Numbered from the stretch's first letter, positions 36,854-47,050 are shown. The stretch is DNA of 64,000 nucleotides from Anaerolineae bacterium (GCA_034437515.1 DAOTTX010000245.1:2753-66752), one strand, 5' to 3'. Translations and numbers: made by a program. Notes: generated by a model not told the origin, from the letters alone.

Positions 36854-38362
36854 ATGTGTGGCATTATTGGTGTTCATGGTCAAACCGAAGACCTGAAAGA
36901 CTACCTAAGCCGAATCACTCATCGCGGCCCGGATGGGCAGCATACGACTATTCAACATAACGCCGTGCTAGGCCATACCCGCCTCGCCATTGTCGATCTC
37001 GAAACCGGTGACCAGCCGCTGCAAACTGCCGATGGCAGTGCATGGCTTGTCGCCAACGGCGAGGTTTACAACCACGAGGCACTCCGCGCCGAGTACGACG
37101 ATTACAACTATCTGACCGACTCCGACAGTGAGGTCATCCTCGCGTTGTATGAAAAGCACGGCGCGGAAGCGGTACGCTACCTCGACGGCATGTTCGCCTT
37201 TGCGCTGGTTACTAAAGACGACCTGCTGCTGGCGCGTGATCCGCTGGGGATTAAGCCGCTGTACTATGGCTGGGACGGCGATACACTCTACTTCGGCTCC
37301 GAGATCAAGGCGTTGCAACATCTGGTTACGGAGATCGAAGAATTCCCGCCCGGTCACTGGTACACCCTCAAAGACGGCTTCACCCGTTACTACAATCTCG
37401 GTGAAAGCACACAAAACGCTGATGAACCCACCACCGAGATCGAACAAATCTACGAGTCACTGCGTGAGGCTGTGGGCAAACGCCTGATGGCAGATGTGCC
37501 GGTCGGTGTGTTCCTCAGCGGCGGGCTGGATAGCTCCATCATCGCCGGGCTGGTCAGCCAGGCGCTGCCGCATGTGCATTCGTTCGCGGTCGGCTTTGAG
37601 GAAAGCGAAGACTTACAATACGCCCGTAAGGTCGCTGAGCATCTCGGCACAGAGCATCACGAGTACATCTACACTGTCGAGGAGATGATCGAGGCGCTGC
37701 CGGATGTGATCTATCATCTGGAATCGTTTGATCCCTCGCTGGTGCGTAGTGCCATCCCGAACTATTTCCTCTCACGACTGGCGCGGCAGCATGTGACCGT
37801 CGTGCTTTCCGGCGAGGGCGCGGACGAACTCTATGCCGGGTACGAGTACTACAAAACCATCGACACTGATGACCTTCACCGCGAGTTGGTCATGGCGACG
37901 GACGCACTGCACACCTCCAACCTGATCCGCTGCGACCGTATGTCAATGGCGCACAGCCTGGAAGCGCGAGTGCCGTTCCTTGATACGGCCTTCATCGACC
38001 TATCGTTCAAGGTGCCCATTGAGCAGAAAATCTACGGTGATGAACCCGTCGAGAAGTGGGCGCTGCGCAAGGCGTTCGAGCATCTCATCCCCGAAGAGGT
38101 GGTCTGGCGCGTCAAGAGCCAGTTCAGCAAAGGCGCGGGGTCATCACACGTCTTCGATGAAATCGCCGAGCGCGACATCAGCGATGCGGACTTCGCCATG
38201 ATGCAGCAGCACGTCCTCAAGGAAGCCGGGATCAAGATCGGCACGAAAGAGGAAATGTACTACTACCAGGTGTTCCGGCGCTTCTTCGATGTGCCTTCGG
38301 TCGGGCTGGTACAGCGTTGGCGCGGCGATGACGGCACTGCCGAAGCCCTGCAACTGAACTAA
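36854..38362 (+). CDS. asnB: asparagine synthase (glutamine-hydrolysing)
   Basis: N-terminal nucleophile MCGIIGV and PP-loop FLSGGLDSS. Start at ATG 36854. Confidence 0.9.
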   Translation: MCGIIGVHGQTEDLKDYLSRITHRGPDGQHTTIQHNAVLGHTRLAIVDLETGDQPLQTADGSAWLVANGEVYNHEALRAEYDDYNYLTDSDSEVILALYEKHGAEAVRYLDGMFAFALVTKDDLLLARDPLGIKPLYYGWDGDTLYFGSEIKALQHLVTEIEEFPPGHWYTLKDGFTRYYNLGESTQNADEPTTEIEQIYESLREAVGKRLMADVPVGVFLSGGLDSSIIAGLVSQALPHVHSFAVGFEESEDLQYARKVAEHLGTEHHEYIYTVEEMIEALPDVIYHLESFDPSLVRSAIPNYFLSRLARQHVTVVLSGEGADELYAGYEYYKTIDTDDLHRELVMATDALHTSNLIRCDRMSMAHSLEARVPFLDTAFIDLSFKVPIEQKIYGDEPVEKWALRKAFEHLIPEEVVWRVKSQFSKGAGSSHVFDEIAERDISDADFAMMQQHVLKEAGIKIGTKEEMYYYQVFRRFFDVPSVGLVQRWRGDDGTAEALQLN

Positions 38363-38578
38363 CAGCGTATTTTCTGCGGCGGCGGGGCTTCTCGCCGCCG
38401 GAGCGTTGGTCTGCTCACGCATATCAGATCACCATATATCGCCTCATGCGCCACACTTCCCAATAGATCAATCATTGAGGTCTCATCAGAAACGCTCTGT
38501 GCGATTAAACCGCGCTAAAGGCAAAATGCTGCGCTATAATAAGCTCTACGCAACTAAAAACGAGGGTGTAAACGACCG

Positions 38579-39211
38579 ATGGTTGAATTTATCGAAAGCA
38601 TTGTACTCAGCCAGCTTCTAGTTTTCCTGCTGTTGATGGGCATTTTGCTGTCGCTGACGCAATGGGCATGGCGCGAAAAAGAATACGCCGGGTACGCGCT
38701 CGGCTGGTTGGTCGGCATTCTGTTAATTCTGATGTATGGGTCGTTGACGGGCGGCATTTCCACACCCGCAGAAAACACGGACGACTTCGATCTTTCATTT
38801 TTCACCGTCGTGATTCCGTCGTTCTTCGGGATCATCACCGGTTACGGTGTGCTTTACTTTTTGGAGGCATTTCGCGGTAGTGGGCAGAACCGGCGGCGGT
38901 CGCTGACCATCGCCATCCTCACCACGTTGGATGTCTTTTTGCTGTACATAGTCTTTGACCTTTCCGGGCAGGCCAGCCGCATCATCGGCATCTTCGCGCT
39001 GGGATTTGCCATCGGCGCATTGTTCAACCGCGTGCTTGACAGTACAGCCGTCCCTACACGCGGTCAGTTTGAAACCCGCGACGAGCAAGGCCCGCGTATG
39101 CAGCCCTTCGAGGAGGGGCCGCCCTCCGGCAACCGGCAACCGCCGAGTATTGACCCCAACCGTGACCGCTTCGATAACCTGCGCCGCCCTCCGCCGGATC
39201 GCCGGCGTTAA
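38579..39211 (+). CDS. membrane protein with Pro/Arg-rich tail, function unknown
   Basis: 210-aa ORF with about five TM helices and a GAGGGTG RBS. Confidence 0.5.
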   Translation: MVEFIESIVLSQLLVFLLLMGILLSLTQWAWREKEYAGYALGWLVGILLILMYGSLTGGISTPAENTDDFDLSFFTVVIPSFFGIITGYGVLYFLEAFRGSGQNRRRSLTIAILTTLDVFLLYIVFDLSGQASRIIGIFALGFAIGALFNRVLDSTAVPTRGQFETRDEQGPRMQPFEEGPPSGNRQPPSIDPNRDRFDNLRRPPPDRRR

Positions 39212-41088
39212 GCCATCACCGGCACGGCATCGACGACTTCAGCCGCGAGGTGATACTTCCCGAACGCCGGGATGACATACGCGCCAGCGACCATCCCCGC
39301 CACGTCTCGCAGCAATTCCTGGGCGATGCGTACCCCTTCCTGCGGGGCGTCGTCGCCGGCGTCCTCGATACGCTTCATAATATGCGGCGGGATGTTGATC
39401 CCCGGCACCTCATTATGTAAGAACTGCGCATGTCGCAGACTGTACAACGGCAGAATACCCATCAGCACCGGCAGACGGAAGGTTTCGCCGGTGATTTCCT
39501 CGTAGCGTCGCAAGAATTGCTCGACTTTACGCGGATCAAACACAGATTGACCGAGCGCAAAATCCGCCCCGGCGTCCTGCTTTTTGACCGTCAGCTTGAT
39601 CTCACGTTCGAGGTCGTCTGCGAACATATTCAACGCACACCCGACGGTGAAGGCGGTCGGCTGTCCGATACTGCTACCGGCCATGTCCTCGCCGTTGTTC
39701 ATCTTCTGTTTGATGAGGCCAATTAGCTTGGACGGCACAATGTCGTATTGATCCATCGCTTCGGGATAGTCGCCGATTTTGGTGGGGTCACCCATTGTGA
39801 CGAAAAGATTACGCAGGTCAAGCGCGTGTGCCGCCAGCAGATCACCCTGTACGCGCAGCAGGTTGCGCCCGCGTGTGGGGAAGTGCAGCACGGTTTCCAT
39901 GCCGACCTGCGTGTTGAGCAGGTGCGCCACCGCCCAGGGACTCATACGCATCCGGGCGGCGGGGGTGTCTGCCACGTCGAGCAGATCGGCCCCGGCATCC
40001 CGTAGCAACCGGGCGCTTTCCAGCAGATTATCGACCGCGTAGCTGCGCGGCGGTGCCATCTCTACGGTGACGGTGAACTTCCCGGCGGTGAGGCGCTGCG
40101 CCAATGTGGTCGGCAGTGCCGGGAGCTTGTCACTCGCTTCTTGTTTGTTGTCGATAATCTCAATAAAGGCGGCGATGCGCTGCGGGTCGTCCAACGCTTC
40201 GCGCATGGCGGCGATGTGGTCGGGTGTGGTGCCACAGCACCCGCCGATGATCGATGCGCCAATCGCTTTAAACGTCAGCGCGTAGTCGCCGAAGTAATCC
40301 GCCGTCGCCGGGTACATAATGCGCCCGGCGCTGGCTTCGGGGAAACCGGCGTTGGGCATCGCGGAAAAACGCGCTTCCGGTACGGCATCGCGCATCTTTT
40401 GCAGTATCCCGGCGATCTGGTTAGGGCCGGTGCTGCAATTGACGCCGATCACGTCCGCACCAGCGCGATGTAGCTCACTGGCGACCCGCGCCGGGGTAAA
40501 GCCGAGCATGGTGCGGTCGTCCGGCGCAAACGTCATCTGGCAGATGACCGGCAGTGCGACCTCGTCGTTCAGCCGTACCGACTTGACGACTTCCAGCGCG
40601 GTCAAAATCTCGTCGTGGTCGGTGAACGTCTCCAGCAGCAGCACATCGACACCGGCTTTGACCAGTGCGCGGATCTGCTGCACAAACGCGGTACGCATTT
40701 CCACCTCGTTGATGCGTCCGTAAGGCCGCATCCGTATCCCCAACGGGCCGACCGACCCGGCGATGTACACATCATCGCGTCCACTGGCGGCGATGGCACG
40801 CTTGGCGATCTCCACAGCGGTGGTGTTAACCGCTTCGACCTTGTCACCCAGGCCGTACTCATTGAGCTTATAACGGTTCGCGCCGAAGGTGTTGGTTTCA
40901 ATTAAACGGGCACCGGCGTCGATGTAATCACGATGAACCTGCTCGATCATCGCCGGTTCGGACATATTCAAAACGTCGAAGCAAGCGTCAATCGCCGCGC
41001 CGCGCTGGTGAAGCAGAGTCCCCATCGCACCATCGGCGATGAGCGGAATTTCTTGTTGAAGGGCCGTCAGGAAGGGGGGCTTTGGCAT
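39208..41088 (-). CDS. bifunctional homocysteine S-methyltransferase / 5,10-methylenetetrahydrofolate reductase (YitJ-like)
   Basis: N-terminal Hcy-binding domain with Zn-site GGCCGTTPDHI, and a C-terminal MTHFR domain. AAGAGGA RBS. Confidence 0.85.
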   Translation of the reverse strand: MPKPPFLTALQQEIPLIADGAMGTLLHQRGAAIDACFDVLNMSEPAMIEQVHRDYIDAGARLIETNTFGANRYKLNEYGLGDKVEAVNTTAVEIAKRAIAASGRDDVYIAGSVGPLGIRMRPYGRINEVEMRTAFVQQIRALVKAGVDVLLLETFTDHDEILTALEVVKSVRLNDEVALPVICQMTFAPDDRTMLGFTPARVASELHRAGADVIGVNCSTGPNQIAGILQKMRDAVPEARFSAMPNAGFPEASAGRIMYPATADYFGDYALTFKAIGASIIGGCCGTTPDHIAAMREALDDPQRIAAFIEIIDNKQEASDKLPALPTTLAQRLTAGKFTVTVEMAPPRSYAVDNLLESARLLRDAGADLLDVADTPAARMRMSPWAVAHLLNTQVGMETVLHFPTRGRNLLRVQGDLLAAHALDLRNLFVTMGDPTKIGDYPEAMDQYDIVPSKLIGLIKQKMNNGEDMAGSSIGQPTAFTVGCALNMFADDLEREIKLTVKKQDAGADFALGQSVFDPRKVEQFLRRYEEITGETFRLPVLMGILPLYSLRHAQFLHNEVPGINIPPHIMKRIEDAGDDAPQEGVRIAQELLRDVAGMVAGAYVIPAFGKYHLAAEVVDAVPVMA

Positions 41089-41154
41089 ACGTTAATCCTC
41101 TTTCTTAGTCGCTGTTAGAAGAATACCGGATACTCCGGCATCTGACCAGACCGC

Positions 41155-41409
41155 TTAGAAGTTCGCCAGATCAGGCGCACATTCCATCGTGTGGATGATA
41201 AACGTGCCTTCGGGGTCGGATGCTGGCATCAAGCGCCACGTCGGTAACCCCACACCGGAGCGACGGCGGCGGTCTTCGTCTTCCAGTTCGCTTTCGTTCT
41301 CTAAATACCAGTTGCGGATGTCAATCTGTGTGTCTGGCGAATAATAGACCAGTGTCGTATCACCGATGCCGAAGCGTTGAAACAGCGTATCCACATCGGA
41401 ATCAATCAA
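41155..41409 (-). CDS. hypothetical 84-aa protein
   Basis: ORF only; no family recognised. Confidence 0.4.
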   Translation of the reverse strand: MIDSDVDTLFQRFGIGDTTLVYYSPDTQIDIRNWYLENESELEDEDRRRRSGVGLPTWRLMPASDPEGTFIIHTMECAPDLANF

Positions 41410-41421
41410 TTCGGAATTAGG

Positions 41422-41577
41422 CTACTGCGGCAACCACAAGTCCGCATCTCGTATGCAGCGATATTCTACCGCGCCGTAAATCATACCGCTGCACGCGATG
41501 ACACCGAGCACGATCAACACCATGACAATCGCACAACCACGCGACGAGTAGCGACTTTCTGAACGGTCAACGTACAT
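41422..41577 (-). CDS. possible 51-aa single-TM peptide
   Basis: Below the ORF-track cutoff. My translation is MYVDRSESRYSSRGCAIVMVLIVLGVIACSGMIYGAVEYRCIRDADLWLPQ*, ending 12 nt upstream of the 84-aa ORF. Confidence 0.25.
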   Translation of the reverse strand: MYVDRSESRYSSRGCAIVMVLIVLGVIACSGMIYGAVEYRCIRDADLWLPQ

Positions 41578-41690
41578 AATTATCCTAACGTCATCAGTTA
41601 CAAGATGTTCTATCCTACAAGAAAATCCCCGGATGGCAATTTAGAAACGTGCCAACCTGGGCGCACACTACGACCGGTAAAAGGGCAAGT

Positions 41691-42326
41691 TTAACGCGGT
41701 TCTAGCGCGAGGTGCAAGCCGAGGCCAATCAGCACTAACCCGCTGACCGCTTCCAACGCTTGCCGTGTGCGGGGACGGGTCAGCGCCTCGCGCACGGTGT
41801 TGATCGCCAGGGTGACGCCTGAGAGCCAGATCACCCCAAAGACGAAGTGAATGCACGCCAGCAGCACAGATTTCACCAGCACCGGATCACCGGGGTTGAG
41901 GAACTGCGGCAGAAACGCGAGATAGAACACCGCCACCTTCGGGTTCAACACGTTGGTGATAACCCCCTCACGATAGGCTTGCGTCAGCGTGCGTGTTTCC
42001 ATATGCGTGGTGTTGAGGTCGTGCGCGTCCGTGTCGCTGCGCCAGAATCCCCAGACCGACCGCACGCCGAGGTAAATCAAGTAGACTGCGCCTAACGTCT
42101 TCACCAGCATAAACGCCTGCGCGGATTGCAGCAGGATGACCGAAAGACCGAGGCCGGAAAGCGCCGCGTGGATCAGCAAGCCAGAGCAGACGCCGAACAC
42201 GGTCAGGAAACCGGCACCGCGTCCATAAGCCAGCACATTTTTAATCACCATCATCGTATCCGCACCGGGCGTAATGGTTAACAGCGCGACCGCCCCGGCG
42301 AACGCCAGCACCTGTGGGTCAATCAT
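41691..42326 (-). CDS. LysE/RhtB-family amino-acid exporter
   Basis: 211 aa, six TM. N-terminal LTITPGADTMMVIKN resembles the LysE signature. Confidence 0.8.
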   Translation of the reverse strand: MIDPQVLAFAGAVALLTITPGADTMMVIKNVLAYGRGAGFLTVFGVCSGLLIHAALSGLGLSVILLQSAQAFMLVKTLGAVYLIYLGVRSVWGFWRSDTDAHDLNTTHMETRTLTQAYREGVITNVLNPKVAVFYLAFLPQFLNPGDPVLVKSVLLACIHFVFGVIWLSGVTLAINTVREALTRPRTRQALEAVSGLVLIGLGLHLALEPR

Positions 42327-42366
42327 CGCCGGTTAAAATCCGCGTTGTAAACGTGCGTCCGTTCCA

Positions 42367-43209
42367 TCAGGTCAGCACCGTTGCGATGATCAGCAGCAGC
42401 AACAGGCCGGAGAAGTAAGCGATTGCAGCCTGATAATTTTGCTCCAATGGGTTGACGTCCACGGCCTCGAAGTTTGTTTCGGTGTTGGCTTTGCGCTGCA
42501 ACATAAACAACGGCCCAAGATACCACGTTATCAGCATCCCACCGAGCAGACCGCCCAGATGCCCCCAGTTATCAATCGAGACACCCGTGTCACTGAAACT
42601 GGTGAGGATGCCGTAAGCGAAGTTGATCCCGCCGATGATAATCAACTGGCGTAACTGGCGCTGTGCCATCTCCCCAAACAGCTTACGATGCTTGTAGAGA
42701 AACACAATCTGCGCCCCGAAGATGGCAAACACCGCGCCTGATGCCCCTACCGAAACCACACTCGCCGGGTTGAAGATCACACTCAACACCGAACCGCCCA
42801 ACCCGCCGAGGAAATAGATCAGCACGTAGCGCGGTGTGCCGAAGAACGCCTCGACCGTCTGCCCGATGGCCCACAGCGCATACATATTGAAGAAGATATG
42901 CGCGATGTTGGCGTGTAGGAACATCGCGGTAAACAAGCGGTGGAACTCCCCTTCTTCCAAGACGGCGATTTTGTTGGTCGCACCCCACGCATACGCATCG
43001 GCGCGTTGCAACTCGGTGACGAGGAAGAACATCACCACGAACACCAGCGCGTTGATGCCGATCAAGACATTGGTCGCAATCGGACGACCCAGCGGGATGT
43101 GCAGTGTGCCGCGCTGGCTGCTGCCTTCGCCCCCGGCGGGACGTGGTGGCGGTGCAGGGCGCTCTAGCGGGTGTGATTTGCGCGGTTTTTCTTCGTTTGG
43201 AGAGGACAT
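42367..43209 (-). CDS. rhomboid-family intramembrane serine protease
   Basis: GASGAVFAIFG (GxSG) and the downstream WGHLGGLLGG His. Confidence 0.8.
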   Translation of the reverse strand: MSSPNEEKPRKSHPLERPAPPPRPAGGEGSSQRGTLHIPLGRPIATNVLIGINALVFVVMFFLVTELQRADAYAWGATNKIAVLEEGEFHRLFTAMFLHANIAHIFFNMYALWAIGQTVEAFFGTPRYVLIYFLGGLGGSVLSVIFNPASVVSVGASGAVFAIFGAQIVFLYKHRKLFGEMAQRQLRQLIIIGGINFAYGILTSFSDTGVSIDNWGHLGGLLGGMLITWYLGPLFMLQRKANTETNFEAVDVNPLEQNYQAAIAYFSGLLLLLIIATVLT

Positions 43210-43279
43210 ATTTCAATTCGATTCTAACGTTCATACGATATAGTATCTCAACGATAGCACACATTGCGAGGAAAGCAGA

Positions 43280-43672
43280 ATGCCCGCTTATGATTATCGC
43301 TGCAAGGATTGCGGCAATCGTTTCTCACTATTTTACAAAACCTACACCGCTTATGACGATGCAACACCCACCTGCCCGGAATGCGATAGTGCGGCGCTCT
43401 CTCGTTTGATCGGGCAGATCAACATGCAAGCCCCGTCGCAGGATTTCAGCAAGATGTCATCTAATGAGATGCTTTCTGTGATGGAGTCGGGCGATTCACG
43501 GCAGGTCGGGGAGATGTTCCAGCAGGTCGGCGGTGCCGATCCGCGCCTGGGCAAAGACTACCACGACGCGACGCAAAAACTGCTCAAGGGCGAGAGCATG
43601 GATAAAGTCGAGCATGATCTAAGCGACAAGCAGCAATCGAAAAAATCGTCGCCGGGTTCTGCCGGGGAATAG
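43280..43672 (+). CDS. FmdB-family zinc-ribbon protein
   Basis: MPAYDYRCKDCG...CPECDS has the CxxC-N-CxxC arrangement. Confidence 0.7.
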   Translation: MPAYDYRCKDCGNRFSLFYKTYTAYDDATPTCPECDSAALSRLIGQINMQAPSQDFSKMSSNEMLSVMESGDSRQVGEMFQQVGGADPRLGKDYHDATQKLLKGESMDKVEHDLSDKQQSKKSSPGSAGE

Positions 43673-43745
43673 TTGCCACCACCACCACGACAGCTTAAAA
43701 TGGAACATAGATCGAAGAATATGCACCCAACGAGGAGCCTTTACC

Positions 43746-44150
43746 GTGTCAACCTGGATGGTCATCGAAGACGAACCGGATCTCTACGAGATGGTGCTGG
43801 CAATGTACGACATGATGGGCGTGAATGGCCTCTCTTTTGTGGATGGTGAGGAGGTCATCGCATGGTTGGAAGAAGTCGAGAGCGGCAATTACACCGAGGA
43901 ACTGCCCGAACTGGCGCTGCTTGACATTCGCCTGCCGGGGAAGATGGACGGTTTGCAGGTCGGTCAGCGCATCCGCCAGAGCCAGCACCTGAAAGCCATG
44001 CCCATCATCCTGATGACGGCTTATAAGATGTCCCCCATGCAAGAGCAAGAGGCCATCGAAACCGTCGATGCGGCGGTGCTGCTCTATAAGCCGTTGCCGG
44101 GTTACGAGCAGCTCCACGACTTATTTCACAAGGTCATTGAGGGCGGTTAG
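43746..44150 (+). CDS. single-domain response regulator (receiver only)
   Basis: Acidic IEDEPD, phospho-acceptor LALLDIRLPG, ILMTAY (Thr), LYKPL (Lys). GTG 43746 or ATG 43758 start. Confidence 0.75.
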   Translation: MSTWMVIEDEPDLYEMVLAMYDMMGVNGLSFVDGEEVIAWLEEVESGNYTEELPELALLDIRLPGKMDGLQVGQRIRQSQHLKAMPIILMTAYKMSPMQEQEAIETVDAAVLLYKPLPGYEQLHDLFHKVIEGG

Positions 44151-44809
44151 TTGTGTCGTCCGTCGGCGTAGCGCAGGCGGGGCAGGTCGAGATACTCTGA
44201 GAGTGTCTTGCGAATCTCCCCCTGGATGGCTTCCGGCGTGCCAGCGGCGCTGATCTCCGTGAAACGGGCTGGCTCCGCGAGTCGTAGTTCGCGGTAGCCC
44301 TTATACACACGCTCGTGAAATTCCAGGTTCATATCATCGAGCCGGTTCCAATCCTCACCGAAGAGCGTGCCCTTCGCCCGGCGGCGCAGCGCCGCCGCCG
44401 GCGTGAGTTCCAGCAGCAGCGTGACATCCGGCAAAAGGCCGCCGGTGGCGAAGCTAATCACATTTTTGAGCGCCTTCAGGCTGAGGCCGTGCCCGTAGCC
44501 CTGGTAGGCCAACGTCGAATCGATGTAGCGATCACAGATCACAACGCCGCCGCCTTCGAGGTGTGGGTTAATCACCTCCGCGACAAGCTGCGCCCGTGAC
44601 GCACAGAACAGCAACAGTTCGGTGCGGGCGTGCATATCGACATTTTCCATGTTATCCAGCAAAATCTCGCGCACCTGATTCCCGATAGATGTACCGCCGG
44701 GTTCGCGGGTATAAAGCACGTCATAGCCGCATTGTTCGAGGTAATCAACGGTCAGGCGGGCCTGCGTGGTCTTGCCACTACCATCGACGCCTTCAAAGGT
44801 AATAAACAT
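44147..44809 (-). CDS. tmk: thymidylate kinase
   Basis: MFITFEGVDGSGKTTQ P-loop and CDRYIDS. Start at ATG 44809, 2 nt after the upstream stop. Confidence 0.9.
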   Translation of the reverse strand: MFITFEGVDGSGKTTQARLTVDYLEQCGYDVLYTREPGGTSIGNQVREILLDNMENVDMHARTELLLFCASRAQLVAEVINPHLEGGGVVICDRYIDSTLAYQGYGHGLSLKALKNVISFATGGLLPDVTLLLELTPAAALRRRAKGTLFGEDWNRLDDMNLEFHERVYKGYRELRLAEPARFTEISAAGTPEAIQGEIRKTLSEYLDLPRLRYADGRHN

Positions 44810-44811
44810 GA

Positions 44812-46476
44812 TTACTCGTCCTCGTCCTCTTCCTCGTCCTCGACGGCGATCTGTGCATCCAGCGCGGCGAGTGCCGTTTCCAGATCCGGCGCGGAGCTGA
44901 CCGCAACTTCGCTGTTCTCGCTTACGTCGGCATAACTGGCAGTGTCGATCTGCAAGCAAAGCACATCGTCCTCGCCCTGCCAGCAAGCCGCACGGTTCGG
45001 TTGGGTTTCGGCGTCACTGCCCTGTCGTGCCTCGGCGAATGTCTGATAAGCCTCGATGAACTCGTCGGCGTCTTCGGGTGTGTCCCAGGCGAACCGCGCC
45101 ACCCAGATATACTCATCGCGTGTCGGGTGATAGTAGAGAATATAGCTGTCCCCGCCCCAGCCGGTTGCAGCGGCATCGACGGTCGCTTCATCGAGCTGCG
45201 TACTGAGGTACTGCCGCAAATAGAACTCGCCGAGCGTGTCATCACGGATTTCTACCCAGGCGTCAACCGTAAATTCCTCTTCTTCGACGGCATTTTCCAG
45301 CGTGATGATTTCTTCGGTGGCTTCAGCATCCACTACTTCATCGTCGATTTCTTCGTCGGCAGCGGCTTCGCCTGAAGCACCCCCTGCCAGGCCACCCCCG
45401 CCAGCAAGTCCGCCTGCTGGCGCGGCGGGTGCCGGGGCATTAATGTCAAAGACGTCGATGAGTTCGTCCAGCGTGATGACTTCGACATCAACCGGGGCAT
45501 CCCCGGCAAAGTAGCGATCCGGGTGAATGATATGCTCGGTCGATTGGGGGCGCTCGGAAGGTTCCAGGTAGGCACAGTTGACGAACACCCACGCATTGAC
45601 GAACTCTAGCGGGTCTGCATCCGGGTCAAATTCGGTGGCCGGGTCGCTGCTGGCTTCCAGCACTTCGGCTTCCAGGCAGGCGGGTGTGTCTTCGAGTGAC
45701 ACTTCACCGTCGAGCATGGCCTGCCCGCGCTCATAGAGTGCCTGTACGAATGCCTCACCCTCTACCAACGGGAACAGGAGTTCCGCCTGGATGATCTGCG
45801 GGGTGCCATCGGTAAAACGATCCTGGGTCATATCCGCATAGGTGATTTCAGCGATGGTTTCGGCGTCGTCGCGGGTTTGTAGGTAAAGGCTGTTCGTCCA
45901 TGAGGCATCCCCTTCGTAGAGGGACTTCGCCGTCAGCCGTGTATCTAATGTGCTGCGCAGCGACGTGATGACCGAACGTAAATTCAAATTGTCGGAGTTA
46001 TTCTGAAGCGAATTGACGTACTCATGCCCGTAGACGACGAGTTCTTCTTCGGTGTAACTTTCGATCTCTGAACGGGCACAATCATCACTGGTGGTGAAAA
46101 GCACCCGAACATCTTCATCGTAATATGCATACGCAGGCGGGAGTTGCAAATCCCTGAAGGCATTCAAGACTTCCGTGTCATCCGATGCGAGGTCAAAGGC
46201 ATGCCAGAAACGCTCGTGCTCGGTGACGGTCCCCGCGCCACTGTATAAGCGAGCTGGCCCACGACCAAAGACGTTCAAGATGCGGTTACAATTGATGAAA
46301 TCGTTCGGGGGTAAAGATGAATTCGCCTGAGACAGTTCACGGGCCTCATGGATACCCTGGCGTACTTCGGTCATTTGATTGCGCGCTTCCTCGCGGAAGA
46401 TCCCTGGCCCATCTGGGGAGCAAGCGACCAGAATCAGGGCAAGCATCAGCAGCAGGAAAGAAATATGTTTTCTCAT
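44812..46476 (-). CDS. lipoprotein with degenerate gluzincin-like motif and acidic tail
   Basis: Lipobox LILVAC. Motifs GHEYVNSLQ, YEGDA, VEGEAF and GWGGDSY. Terminal EDEEEDEDE. Confidence 0.6.
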   Translation of the reverse strand: MRKHISFLLLMLALILVACSPDGPGIFREEARNQMTEVRQGIHEARELSQANSSLPPNDFINCNRILNVFGRGPARLYSGAGTVTEHERFWHAFDLASDDTEVLNAFRDLQLPPAYAYYDEDVRVLFTTSDDCARSEIESYTEEELVVYGHEYVNSLQNNSDNLNLRSVITSLRSTLDTRLTAKSLYEGDASWTNSLYLQTRDDAETIAEITYADMTQDRFTDGTPQIIQAELLFPLVEGEAFVQALYERGQAMLDGEVSLEDTPACLEAEVLEASSDPATEFDPDADPLEFVNAWVFVNCAYLEPSERPQSTEHIIHPDRYFAGDAPVDVEVITLDELIDVFDINAPAPAAPAGGLAGGGGLAGGASGEAAADEEIDDEVVDAEATEEIITLENAVEEEEFTVDAWVEIRDDTLGEFYLRQYLSTQLDEATVDAAATGWGGDSYILYYHPTRDEYIWVARFAWDTPEDADEFIEAYQTFAEARQGSDAETQPNRAACWQGEDDVLCLQIDTASYADVSENSEVAVSSAPDLETALAALDAQIAVEDEEEDEDE

Positions 46477-46690
46477 TATCGGCTCTACTTCTCAGGTATT
46501 TGTCGGCGTAAACGCTGCTTATCTTTCCACAAGAATGGAATTTTTGAAATAAGCAACTCACGGTTTTCATGGAAAGTAGCCCGTTCTACAATGGAAACAT
46601 GAGCGTAAACCCCTTCTTCACCCCATACAGCATGTAACACCAAAATGCAGAACTTCAAAAGTTCTTGTGTAGATCAAATGGAGGCAACTC

Positions 46691-47050
46691 ATGGCAAAGA
46701 AATTCTCCCCACCGACCCTGGCAGAAATCGCCTATAAGTATCTTGGGATGCACCAGCAGCCTGTCCGTACTGCGGATTACGAAAAGCTGCAAGACCTATT
46801 CACACGCACGCTGATGCGCACCCGCGATGGCGAAGAAATCCGGGCGGCGCTGGCGCTGGATACGCAACGTAAACTGCCAGTGCAGATGAAAAGCCCCGCT
46901 TACGAGCGTCTTTTGATACTGGAGGGGCGTAACATCCGGTTGTTGCGCGAATATGCGCAGGAGATGTACGAATTCGGCCCGGAGTTTGCCGATTACGCTG
47001 ACCGGCTGTGGGTCGAGGCCAAGCAGCTCGAAGACCAGGCCGGAGACTAA
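46691..47050 (+). CDS. hypothetical helical 119-aa protein
   Basis: ORF with GGAGG RBS; no family recognised. Confidence 0.45.
   Translation: MAKKFSPPTLAEIAYKYLGMHQQPVRTADYEKLQDLFTRTLMRTRDGEEIRAALALDTQRKLPVQMKSPAYERLLILEGRNIRLLREYAQEMYEFGPEFADYADRLWVEAKQLEDQAGD

Noticed and set aside
41089-41154. Possible SAM or other riboswitch upstream of the YitJ-like methionine-pathway gene
   Set aside because: Only 66 nt separate it from the upstream ORF. That is too short for a SAM-I, SAM-II or B12 aptamer plus expression platform. Only a 5-bp hairpin and an RBS are present.
44815-44860. Repetitive GAC/GAG/GAA codon tract; also the Gly/Ser/Asn codon repeats at 19030-19330
   Set aside because: These are in-frame low-complexity coding sequence (acidic tail, disordered linker). 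They are not a CRISPR array or tandem DNA repeat, and they have no regular repeat-spacer periodicity.
44810-44986. Arg/Gly-rich 59-aa N-terminal extension of tmk in the ORF track
   Set aside because: It overlaps the end of the upstream lipoprotein gene in another frame. Canonical Tmk begins right at MFITFEGVDGSGKT (ATG 44809).
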